The notes beneath the pieces were generated by a model that did not search any database, was not told the DNA's origin, and saw nothing but the letters and a program-made list of their open reading frames with translations. The position numbers and the translations under genes were made by a program. From assembly GCF_000039765.1 (NCBI RefSeq), contig NC_004460.2:90001-122000 (forward strand): DNA of 32,000 bases. Reading direction: 5' to 3'. This stretch comes from Vibrio vulnificus CMCP6 (lineage in GTDB: Bacteria > Pseudomonadota > Gammaproteobacteria > Enterobacterales > Vibrionaceae). Positions 23,315 to 31,069 of this stretch are shown here, in pieces (positions within the stretch are counted from its first letter, which is position 1; every line of letters begins with the position of its first letter).

Positions 23315-24257
23315 TCGTGGCAAAATGTGGCTGCTGCTGGCGATAAGTCTAGTGATGGTGACTCTGTTTTTGGGCAAAGGACTTACACTGGACAATTATC
23401 AATACTTTCTCTCTCGCCGTATCCCCAAAGTGTTGGCGATGGTACTAGCGGGTGTTGCGATTTCTCAAGCATCGCTTCTTTTTCAGACCGTGACGCACAA
23501 TCGCATACTGACACCGGGAATATTGGGATTTGATTCTCTCTATTTATTGGTGCAAGTCATCATTGTGGTGGTCTTCGGCGGTTTGAGCCAGTATGTACTT
23601 AACGCCTACTTGAATTTTTCGCTCTCCGTCGTGGCCATGGTTTTGTTCTCTATGGCATTGTTCGGCTTTTATTTTCGAGGAAAAGAGAAAAATCTGATTA
23701 CTTTGTTGTTGGTGGGTTTAATTGTTGGCCAGCTCTTCTATAACGTTGCCTCTTTCTTTGTTTTGATCATGGATCCTAATGATTACGCGACGGTTCAAGC
23801 CAGTATGTTTGCGAGCTTCAACAATATTGATACCCAATTGGTTTACTTTACGGCACCCATTCTGTTGATTGCATCGCTGCTCATGTATCGCATGCACGCC
23901 GTCATGGACGTGTTTTGGTTAGATAAAGATAACGCCACCAGTTTGGGGGTGAATGTTCGTCAAGTAACCAAGCAGGTGCTGATGTTGAGCGCGGTTTTAA
24001 TTGCCGTCGCCACTGCGCTAATCGGGCCAATCTTGTTCTTTGGTTTACTCGTGACTAACTTGGCTAGGGAGATGTTTCACACCTATCGTCATGCCCAGTT
24101 ATTACCCGGCTGCGCCATTTTGGGTGTCACACTGTTGCTAGCCGGCCAATGGCTGGTGGAAAACGTCTTAACATTTCAAACAACGCTCAGCGTAATCATC
24201 AACTTTGTGGGTGGCATCTATTTCATGTCGATGTTGCTGCGAAATCGTATTGTGTAG
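23307..24257 (+). CDS. iron-siderophore ABC permease (FecCD/BtuC family), second subunit
   Basis: GAGGG lies before GTG 23307, which overlaps the upstream stop. Family blocks RIPKVLAMVLAGVAISQASLLFQTVTHNRILTPGILG and GPILFFGLLVTNLAR. Confidence 0.9.
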   Translation: MSDRGKMWLLLAISLVMVTLFLGKGLTLDNYQYFLSRRIPKVLAMVLAGVAISQASLLFQTVTHNRILTPGILGFDSLYLLVQVIIVVVFGGLSQYVLNAYLNFSLSVVAMVLFSMALFGFYFRGKEKNLITLLLVGLIVGQLFYNVASFFVLIMDPNDYATVQASMFASFNNIDTQLVYFTAPILLIASLLMYRMHAVMDVFWLDKDNATSLGVNVRQVTKQVLMLSAVLIAVATALIGPILFFGLLVTNLAREMFHTYRHAQLLPGCAILGVTLLLAGQWLVENVLTFQTTLSVIINFVGGIYFMSMLLRNRIV

Positions 24258-24264
24258 GTAGGCT

Positions 24265-25020
24265 ATGATTGTTCTAGATAAACTCACTAAACATTTTGGC
24301 AAGTGTGCTGTTGTGTCATCGGCTAGTGGCCAATTTGAAAAAGGAAACGTCACCTCCATTATTGGGCCGAATGGGGCTGGTAAAAGTACACTGCTGTCGA
24401 TGGCGTCGCGTTTGCTTGATCGTGATGGCGGGGCGGTGTTGATCGAAGGGAAAGAGATTCAAACGTGGGATAACAAAGTCCTTGCTAAGAAGTTGGCTGT
24501 TTTACGCCAAGCAAACAGCATCACGATGCGATTTACTATTCGCGAAATGGTGGCCTTTGGCCGTTTTCCTCATTCTGGTGGTCGATTGACGGCGCAAGAT
24601 CATCAACAGATCGACCGCGCGATTCAGTATCTTGATCTCAGTGATATCCAAGATAAATATCTCGATGAACTCAGTGGTGGGCAGCGGCAGCTCGCTTTTA
24701 TCGCCATGGTGATTGCCCAAGATACCGATTATGTTTTCCTTGATGAACCACTGAACAATCTGGATATCCGCCATTCAAAGCAGATCATGCAGACGATTTG
24801 CCGATTGGCCAAAGAGATGAACAAGGCAGTGGTGGTGGTAATCCACGACATTAACTTTGCGGCGTGTTATTCCGACCAGATTATTGCTTTGAAAAAAGGT
24901 CAAATTGTCGCCAGTGGTAGTGTTGAAGAGGTGATTGAAGAAGCGGTGCTTGAGAAGATCTACGAAACGCCGTTTAGTGTCATTGAGCGCGACGGTAAAC
25001 GTATGTGTACCTACTTTTAA
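24265..25020 (+). CDS. iron-siderophore ABC transporter ATP-binding protein
   Basis: Walker A GPNGAGKST, signature LSGGQRQ, Walker B VFLDEPLNNLD, H-loop VIHDIN. Confidence 0.9.
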   Translation: MIVLDKLTKHFGKCAVVSSASGQFEKGNVTSIIGPNGAGKSTLLSMASRLLDRDGGAVLIEGKEIQTWDNKVLAKKLAVLRQANSITMRFTIREMVAFGRFPHSGGRLTAQDHQQIDRAIQYLDLSDIQDKYLDELSGGQRQLAFIAMVIAQDTDYVFLDEPLNNLDIRHSKQIMQTICRLAKEMNKAVVVVIHDINFAACYSDQIIALKKGQIVASGSVEEVIEEAVLEKIYETPFSVIERDGKRMCTYF

Positions 25021-25070
25021 ACTAGTGAGTAAGTCGCCTCCCAGATGAGGAGGCGATGGTAAAAACCTTG

Positions 25071-25457
25071 CTATTTGGTGAGCTCTTCGATTATCGGGCA
25101 ATGACTGTCTGAATTACCAGGGCAGGAAGAAACCCAACCTTCCAACTGCTTTTTTATCTCGTGCAAATGCGCCAACTTCTGTTCAATTTCAGCCAGTTTT
25201 TCTTTGGTCTTTTCTTTGACTTCGCTGCTTTTACGGTTAGGGTTTTGTGCCAGTTGAACAAATTCTTTGCACTCTTGAAGAGAGAACCCGGCATTTTTAG
25301 CGCGTGATACCAGATTGAGTTCGACGATGTGTTTTTGTCCATATTCACGATAGCCAGCGTCACTGCGTAGCGGTGGTGAAATAATGCCTTTTTCTTCGTA
25401 CATGCGAATGGATTTGCTTGATAATCCGGTTAATTTTGCAATAGCACCTATGTTCAT
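25071..25457 (-). CDS. cueR: Cu(I)-responsive MerR-family regulator CueR
   Basis: Collinear with E. coli CueR: MNIGAIAKLTGLSSKSIRMYEEKG...GYREY... and the metal loop CPGNSDSHCPII (E. coli CPGDDSADCPII). Confidence 0.85.
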   Translation of the reverse strand: MNIGAIAKLTGLSSKSIRMYEEKGIISPPLRSDAGYREYGQKHIVELNLVSRAKNAGFSLQECKEFVQLAQNPNRKSSEVKEKTKEKLAEIEQKLAHLHEIKKQLEGWVSSCPGNSDSHCPIIEELTK

Positions 25458-25486
25458 CGTATTGTCTCATTTCGCGGTTTTAGTTG

Positions 25487-25514
25487 ATTGTACTCCTCGT
25501 GACGGGTTTAGCAA
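25487..25514 (-). promoter_or_regulatory. candidate cueR promoter
   Basis: Minus strand TTGCTA (25514-25509), 16-nt spacer, TACAAT (25492-25487), about 30 nt upstream of the ATG. Confidence 0.35.
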
Positions 25515-25593
25515 TGGTATGTGGGGCAACGCCAAAATGACGTTTGAAGGCACTGGTAACCTAGGTAAGTCTTTTTGAAAACGAATCCGACCA

Positions 25594-25619
25594 ACAAAAA
25601 AAGCCCCTTAGGGGCTTTT
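25594..25619 (-). terminator. intrinsic terminator after the small membrane protein gene
   Basis: aagcccc-tta-ggggctt hairpin (25601-25617). On the minus strand it is followed by a run of T (plus-strand A run 25596-25602). Confidence 0.7.
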
Positions 25620-25642
25620 AAGCAATTCGTTACTCTATAAAA

Positions 25643-25891
25643 TTACGCTTTTTCAGGCGTTAGAGTTTTTTTTTCCTGCTGCATTTTGGCTAGGAAGTAG
25701 ACGTTGACACACGCAATAAAGCCATTAGTCACAACCACTGGCCATGCGTCAATCATCAGACCGTATGCAGTGAATAGTGCACAACCGATGAAGTTTAAAA
25801 CGCGCAGACGAACGATGTCCTTCATCGTTAGTGAGATTGCAACCATGATTGACGCTGCGTAGCCTAGGATTTCAACCATATTCATTTCCAT
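25643..25891 (-). CDS. 82-aa three-TM membrane protein, YgjV/SemiSWEET-like topology
   Basis: SD AAGAGGG lies 7 nt before ATG 25891. Three predicted TM helices. ILGYAASIMVAISL...WPVVVTNGFIACVNVYF resembles one YgjV repeat, but no PQ motif is present. Confidence 0.55.
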   Translation of the reverse strand: MEMNMVEILGYAASIMVAISLTMKDIVRLRVLNFIGCALFTAYGLMIDAWPVVVTNGFIACVNVYFLAKMQQEKKTLTPEKA

Positions 25892-26173
25892 AATTTGACC
25901 CTCTTAAATCTTGCCGAATATGTCGGTACCAATTCTTCTCTTCTTGAGATAAGTGAGGAAGCTCCATGCCTCGAATGGTCTAATCGTGTTTTCGTTAAGT
26001 GCACTATATCAATGGAAAATCCGTGATGAAAGCCTCAATTCAAGGTTAAGAGAAGGTTAGCGATTACGCAAACGTTTAGAAAGAAAAACGTCAATAACGC
26101 AACTATTCGTTTACTCAATAAAAGAGAAGGAGATGTTGGGACGAATTATCTTTTTCGCCTATTGAAACGATAG

Positions 26174-26203
26174 TTGGACAGTGAATTTACACTGCCATAT
26201 CAT
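26174..26203 (+). promoter_or_regulatory. candidate sigma70 promoter of the small membrane protein gene
   Basis: TTGGAC (26174-26179), 18-nt spacer, TATCAT (26198-26203). Confidence 0.35.
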
Positions 26204-26207
26204 TGCG

Positions 26208-26226
26208 AATGAGAATTATTATTGAT
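26208..26226 (+). promoter_or_regulatory. Fur-box-like operator
   Basis: aatgagaattattattgat matches about 15/19 to AATGATAATNATTATCATT by hand. It sits between the -10 element and the SD (AGGTG 26227-26231). Confidence 0.45.
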
Positions 26227-26237
26227 AGGTGTTGTTT

Positions 26238-26504
26238 ATGTCTATTTTGATTGCTGTGTTGTTTTCGCTGTTATTGATCGTAAAAATGAAAGTAGAAAAG
26301 GCTTATGCTTTATTGCACATCGCATTGCATGTTGTTTTTCTTATTCTAGTCGGGCAAACCTATGCAGTGAGCTATTTGATTGTGATGTTTTTTTCTGCTC
26401 CGATTCAGATTGCCATGTGTCATCGTGGGGAGTGCAAAGAAAAAGGGCATAAGTGGTTTTCTATCCTGCCGGCGCTTGTTGTGATCATCGTGGCTTTTCT
26501 TTGA
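26238..26504 (+). CDS. 88-aa membrane protein with CHRGEC motif
   Basis: AGGTG lies 6 nt before ATG 26238. Three hydrophobic helices and a loop MCHRGECKEKGHKW. No family recognised. Confidence 0.5.
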   Translation: MSILIAVLFSLLLIVKMKVEKAYALLHIALHVVFLILVGQTYAVSYLIVMFFSAPIQIAMCHRGECKEKGHKWFSILPALVVIIVAFL

Positions 26505-26538
26505 ACGCTAAGAGTTTGAGCGTCCGGGCGTTTGCGCT

Positions 26539-26570
26539 TCACGGCTTAATTCAGAGTAATTAAGCCGTGA
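26539..26570. terminator. 13-bp perfect hairpin between convergent genes
   Basis: tcacggcttaatt (26539-26551) pairs with aattaagccgtga (26558-26570) around a 6-nt loop. U tracts are poor on both strands. Confidence 0.45.
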
Positions 26571-26598
26571 GAAACAGCTATTTTGAGAGACTGTCGCT

Positions 26599-27858
26599 TT
26601 AGCGAGCCAGTTTGTGGTGCGCGCGAGAAAAATGTCCAGCTGCAAAAGCGCCAACAATCGATAGCTCTCCGGCTAAGCAAAGTGCAGCACAAACTTCAGC
26701 CAATGCACGCGCGTTGCCTTGTCCATACAGGCCTAGAATGTCTAGACAGGCCTTTTGGCTTGGTAGGCCAGTGCCGCCGCCAACGGTTCCGACCATCAGA
26801 TTTGGTAATGTCACGCTCGCATATAAGTGCCCATCGGCGGTAAGTTCCATCCGGGTAATGCCAATGGCTGATTCAGCCACGCAAGCGGCGTCTTGTCCGC
26901 AAGCCAAATAGAGTGCCGTTAACGCGTTGGCGTAATGGGCATTGACACCAATTCCGCCACTCAATGCCGCACCCGTCGTCGTCATCTGACCGAATTTGAC
27001 CATTTTTTCAGGCGTAGTATGCAAGTACTTTTCAACCATCTCGCGGGAAAGAGTCACTTCGGCGATCACTTTTTTCCCACGGACGCTTGTCAGTGTTTTG
27101 CTGTTTGCTTTTTTATCCCCTGAGAGGTTGCCATCTAGAAAGGCTTCTTTGATGTCGATGGGGCAGGTTTCCAATATTGACTGAAATACAGCGTTGGTCG
27201 CGATTGTCACCATATTTTGCCCAGAGGCGTCACCTGTTTGGTATTCAAACATCAAGTAGACATGATTGCCTTCCATGTTGATGTTGATGTCACTGAGCGT
27301 ACCATGCGAAGTCGTGGATTCGGCGATTTGCTTAAAACGCTCGTAGTGGGTGGTCACCCAAGCGACAAACTGACCCGCGGAGACTAAGTTCGTGAATGCG
27401 AATACGGGGGTGCGTGTCACTCCTTCATTCACCAGCATGGCCGTTGCTCCGCCGGCTGCGGTAATGAGATTGGCCCCTCGTGAATAGGAGGCCACCAAAG
27501 CGGCCTCTGTCGTGGCAAGGGGGATCAAATAATCATCGCTGGCAAACAGGCCATTTACGCGCAATGGTCCAGCTAGCCCAACGGGGACTTTTACCGTACC
27601 AACAAAGTGCTCAATGTTCTTTTGATAGAGCGCCATGTGCTCAAGAGTATGTTGATCTAGTAATTGGCCTTGAGTGGCATGACAGTTCACCACATCCCAA
27701 CGCTTCTTTAGAGTTTTATCACTAATAAAAGGGCTCTTGGGTAAGGTGCGTTTTGGTGGGGCGTAATTGGGGTTGAGTTTTTGCTCTATCTGTTGCGCGC
27801 TATCTAGACAGCGAAGTGCGGTATGAATATTTTTATTTTGCGTAGTTTTAACGGGCAT
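26599..27858 (-). CDS. hydroxymethylglutaryl-CoA reductase, class I type
   Basis: Class-I blocks: IEHFVGTVKVPVGLAGPL, GDASGQNMVTIA, MVGTVGGGTGLPSQ, C-terminal GHF..AHHKL. 419 aa. Confidence 0.9.
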   Translation of the reverse strand: MPVKTTQNKNIHTALRCLDSAQQIEQKLNPNYAPPKRTLPKSPFISDKTLKKRWDVVNCHATQGQLLDQHTLEHMALYQKNIEHFVGTVKVPVGLAGPLRVNGLFASDDYLIPLATTEAALVASYSRGANLITAAGGATAMLVNEGVTRTPVFAFTNLVSAGQFVAWVTTHYERFKQIAESTTSHGTLSDININMEGNHVYLMFEYQTGDASGQNMVTIATNAVFQSILETCPIDIKEAFLDGNLSGDKKANSKTLTSVRGKKVIAEVTLSREMVEKYLHTTPEKMVKFGQMTTTGAALSGGIGVNAHYANALTALYLACGQDAACVAESAIGITRMELTADGHLYASVTLPNLMVGTVGGGTGLPSQKACLDILGLYGQGNARALAEVCAALCLAGELSIVGAFAAGHFSRAHHKLAR

Positions 27859-27888
27859 AAGTCTGTCAGCAAGAAAAAGGAAGCGTCG

Positions 27889-27916
27889 ATTCTACTGAAT
27901 CAGGAAGAGTAAACAA
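27889..27916 (-). promoter_or_regulatory. candidate promoter of the HMG-CoA reductase gene
   Basis: Minus strand TTGTTT (27916-27911), 16-nt spacer, TAGAAT (27894-27889). No clear SD before ATG 27858. Confidence 0.3.
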
Positions 27917-27937
27917 GGTGGTAAGCGTAACAAATGG

Positions 27938-28246
27938 TCACACTTGGATATCCAATAGACTACCAATCACATCGTTGTTTCGTTCAATAACGCTCGCACC
28001 AATACGGTTATAGCTATTGGCTTGGCTCAGTTTCATCAAAGCTTCGTTGTGATCTTTGGGTGGTTGAGTGGGTTTTTCTTCAGGTTTGCGATCAAATTCG
28101 ACACGATTAAAAGCGAGCTCATCAGAGGTAGGATTTCCGTTTGCTTGGTTCACTTCCAACGCAGCCTCTTCAGCCATCTTACTGGATTGCTGAATGAGTT
28201 GATAACCGGATTGAACTCCTGAAACTGGCATGGTTAAAACGCTCAC
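27938..28246 (-). CDS. hypothetical protein (about 100 aa, acidic/Pro-rich centre)
   Basis: ORF with a GTG 28246 or ATG 28231 start. The C-terminus ...NDVIGSLLDIQV is faintly reminiscent of YjfB-type small proteins. No firm motif. Confidence 0.45.
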   Translation of the reverse strand: MSVLTMPVSGVQSGYQLIQQSSKMAEEAALEVNQANGNPTSDELAFNRVEFDRKPEEKPTQPPKDHNEALMKLSQANSYNRIGASVIERNNDVIGSLLDIQV

Positions 28247-28262
28247 TAATTAACCTGTCTTA

Positions 28263-28298
28263 AGCATAGTTGGATTTGACAATGGTGGCAACTATGCT
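28263..28298. other. 10-bp perfect inverted repeat with 16-nt spacer between two small ORFs
   Basis: agcatagttg (28263-28272) pairs with caactatgct (28289-28298). No adjacent U tract. Confidence 0.3.
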
Positions 28299-28326
28299 AG
28301 CAAAATCGTGTTTAGATAATCTCTTC

Positions 28327-28548
28327 CTAAACAAATAACTTAGCCAATGCATCACGCTCTTCAAGGCTTAGAATGTCATTGTCTTTCTTTAACAAAGCAA
28401 GTTGAATGTCGCCTTGCAAATGTTGTAGCTGAAGAGGAGACAGCCTTTTAAGCTCTTCACGCAGTCGTTCGAAATCAGTTTGTTTCATGTTAATCACCGA
28501 TCTGTATCGTTTTTTTTGCTCATCATTCATTACGGTGTTGTCCATCAC
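28327..28548 (-). CDS. hypothetical 73-aa helical protein
   Basis: The ORF is Lys/Glu/Leu-rich and predicted helical (LREELKRLSPLQLQHLQGDIQLALL). The start is uncertain (an internal Met at MKQTDF is possible). Confidence 0.45.
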   Translation of the reverse strand: MMDNTVMNDEQKKRYRSVINMKQTDFERLREELKRLSPLQLQHLQGDIQLALLKKDNDILSLEERDALAKLFV

Positions 28549-28650
28549 AACGAGTGAATAATGAACAATGTACTGGATGAACGCTGTTTTATTGTCCGGA
28601 AAATGTCAGGGCACGGTAAAACTGGGCGGTATAGAAAGGGCGTGGATGAA

Positions 28651-28686
28651 AGGTGATAAACGGTGCTAATAGGGCGTTTATCACCT
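28651..28686 (-). terminator. 12-bp perfect hairpin downstream of yccS
   Basis: aggtgataaacg (28651-28662) pairs with cgtttatcacct (28675-28686). It lies 22 nt after the yccS stop and has a weak U tract. Confidence 0.4.
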
Positions 28687-28708
28687 ATAGATGAAGTGGA
28701 ATGTTTGG

Positions 28709-30862
28709 TTACTGCGTACGCACTGCAAGCTTACTGGCTAATGAGTGTAACTCTGGCATCATTCGATAAATTAAGTGCAGTTGTTGAAGCACCATGCGAG
28801 CACTGCCTTCATCATCTTCACGCCATTCACTCAATCGCTTTTCCAAGTCCGCAGCGTTACTCGTGTCGACATCACAATCATCACAGCGATTGTACAACTG
28901 AGATTGAAGCGTCTCTAAGTGCTGGTGGATTGTTCGGTGTGCGTCGAGTACCAATTGATGTGTGGACTCGTCATCCAAGCGAGTGCGGTGAGCTCCAAGG
29001 GCAGAGATGTAGCTCAGCATGGCATGATTTAGAGTAAGAAAACGGAAGCTCTCATCGATTGCGGTCTGATATTTTCCAGGCTCGATCAGCATGTTACTGA
29101 TCGCAGACGAAAGGTTGGCATCCTGGTTATGCGCATTACGCCGTGCAATACGATAAGCGAGGCTATCTTTTTTACCAATTCGGTACTGACCAATGATTTG
29201 CAGTAAGTACTGTTTGTTGGCGTCTATCGCATCAGACATCACTTTGTGTAAGCGACGAGACTGCCAGTCAGGCAGAATCAAAACCACAGCAGCAACGGCA
29301 AGTGCGCAACCGATGAGCGTATCGGCCAATCGAGGCAATACAACCGCATAACCTTCACCCAACTGGTTGAAGCAAAAGAGCACGAGTAGGGTGATGAAAC
29401 CAGTCGCAAATCCGTAGTTATTAATCCTAAAGGCAAAAAAGAGCACGCCAGAGAGGACGATAAACACCAGTTGGCTCTCTTGCGATGGGAAAAACGTGAG
29501 TAGGGGAACACCGATAAGTAAGCCAGCAAAGGTGCCTGCAATACGTGCAACCAGCTTTTGTTTTGTTGCACTGTAGTTTGGTTGGCAAACAAACAAAGTG
29601 GTTAATAGGATCCAATAGCCTCTTTCAATCTCGAATCCATAGATCACGCCATAACCGGCAGTCAACGCTATCGCCATCCGAATGGCGTGACGAAACAGCA
29701 TCGAGTCTTTGTTGAAGTTGGCCCGAATGCGCTGAAACATGGCTTTAAGAGTATGCGGATTAGTGTCGTCCAGCAAATTCTCTTCCAATTTTTCCGCATC
29801 AGGATTACTGATGTTATTAAACTGCTTTTCAACGGTAGCGAGATTATTAAATAAGTAGTTAAGTTGGCCGAGAAGATGAGACCATTTTGGATTTTTTTGT
29901 TCTTGGAGGTAGCTCAATGCGTTTTGCAGTTCTGCCAAAGCCAAAATGGATTGAGACGCGTGGTTATACTCATTGCCTAAGCGCAACGATTCGGCAATTT
30001 CTCGACAGGCAGTTGCTTGCGCCTCAAGCAAATACTTAAAGCGGAACAAAATATCTGACCGCTCGAACTGTACAGCAAGATCTTGATAGCGGTAATGGCT
30101 CGAGCTGACTCGCTCGTGAATATCCTGCGCAATAAAGTAAATATTGAGGAAGCGGTCACTTGGCCCATCAATATGACCTCGTTTCGAACGGCTCAGCAAA
30201 GTCTGTTTGCAGTTGTTGAGTGCATTAACAGTCCGAGCATTGAGGCTTGCAGCGTTAATGCGCATCGGTTGAGGCGTCATGTTGGTTACCGGATGGAAGA
30301 GCTGTGCTTTTGCATCAAGATAGTTGGCCAACTGGTGAAAGACGTTGGCTAGGCTCTGTTGGACAGGCTGCATTGGCCAGAGGATTTGCCAAACCATCGA
30401 CATAAAGTAGTACCATGCGGCGCCTGAGAGTAGCAGCAATGGTTGAAACCAAATATTGACACTTTGGTGTGCGCCGAGCATGGCATAGATTGCGATAAGC
30501 AAAGAGCCAAAGGCGATGCTGGCGTATTTGGGGCCAACTGCGCCCAACATAATGAAGCCAAAGGTGGAAACAAAGAGCCCAATCGCAAAGAGCCATGGCG
30601 TATTAAAGAGAAGCTCAATTGAAAACGCCGCGATAGCAAAACAGATAAACGTGAGCAACACGGCTTTAAGCCTGCCGCTAAAACTGTCATCACTTTCCGC
30701 CAAAGCGGCGGCAATAACGCCGAGGATTAAAGGCGTGATCAAGGTATTTTGTTCGTAGTACCAAGCTGGTACCACAACACCGAGCAAAGTGATGAGGATC
30801 AATACACTATAGCTAATGGTTTTATTGGCCCAAAAGTGACGAAGTTTGAAACGTAAGTTCAC
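28709..30862 (-). CDS. yccS: YccS/YhfK-family (FUSC-like) integral membrane protein
   Basis: 717 aa, collinear with E. coli YccS: ...ITPLILGVIAAALAESDDSFSGRL..., YFIAQDIHERVSSSHYRYQ, GYWILLTTLFVCQPNYSATKQKL, LAYRIARRNAHNQDA. Confidence 0.9.
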   Translation of the reverse strand: MNLRFKLRHFWANKTISYSVLILITLLGVVVPAWYYEQNTLITPLILGVIAAALAESDDSFSGRLKAVLLTFICFAIAAFSIELLFNTPWLFAIGLFVSTFGFIMLGAVGPKYASIAFGSLLIAIYAMLGAHQSVNIWFQPLLLLSGAAWYYFMSMVWQILWPMQPVQQSLANVFHQLANYLDAKAQLFHPVTNMTPQPMRINAASLNARTVNALNNCKQTLLSRSKRGHIDGPSDRFLNIYFIAQDIHERVSSSHYRYQDLAVQFERSDILFRFKYLLEAQATACREIAESLRLGNEYNHASQSILALAELQNALSYLQEQKNPKWSHLLGQLNYLFNNLATVEKQFNNISNPDAEKLEENLLDDTNPHTLKAMFQRIRANFNKDSMLFRHAIRMAIALTAGYGVIYGFEIERGYWILLTTLFVCQPNYSATKQKLVARIAGTFAGLLIGVPLLTFFPSQESQLVFIVLSGVLFFAFRINNYGFATGFITLLVLFCFNQLGEGYAVVLPRLADTLIGCALAVAAVVLILPDWQSRRLHKVMSDAIDANKQYLLQIIGQYRIGKKDSLAYRIARRNAHNQDANLSSAISNMLIEPGKYQTAIDESFRFLTLNHAMLSYISALGAHRTRLDDESTHQLVLDAHRTIHQHLETLQSQLYNRCDDCDVDTSNAADLEKRLSEWREDDEGSARMVLQQLHLIYRMMPELHSLASKLAVRTQ

Positions 30863-31069
30863 GGTTTTCCTGTGTAAATGAGCATGAACGAGTTACTCGG
30901 CAGTGTAGCAGAAACCACCATTAACAATATGACTTGGACACATAAAAAGTTTTGCCTGCTTAGTATTTCTCCACTCGCTGCTGCTTGATAGGGATTAATG
31001 GCTACATTTTCCGGTTACAAAATGGTATAACCCTGAAACCCTTGATTTCAGAAGCAAGAGAAATGAATC

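Noticed and set aside
25071-25457. CueR without an adjacent copA as an anomaly
   Set aside because: cueR is commonly unlinked from its target genes, so this alone does not indicate anything unusual.
25484-25514. Plus-strand MerR-type promoter (TTGATT, 19-nt spacer, TAGCAA) next to cueR
   Set aside because: The spacer has no CueR-like dyad (CCTTCC/GGAAGG type), and no credible plus-strand gene lies downstream. The same bases read better as a normal 16-nt-spacer promoter for cueR on the minus strand.
26127-26165. AAGGAG directly abutting ATG 26133 and a 10-codon ORF (MLGRIIFFAY)
   Set aside because: The SD-to-start spacing is zero, which is incompatible with efficient initiation, and the ORF is tiny with no context.
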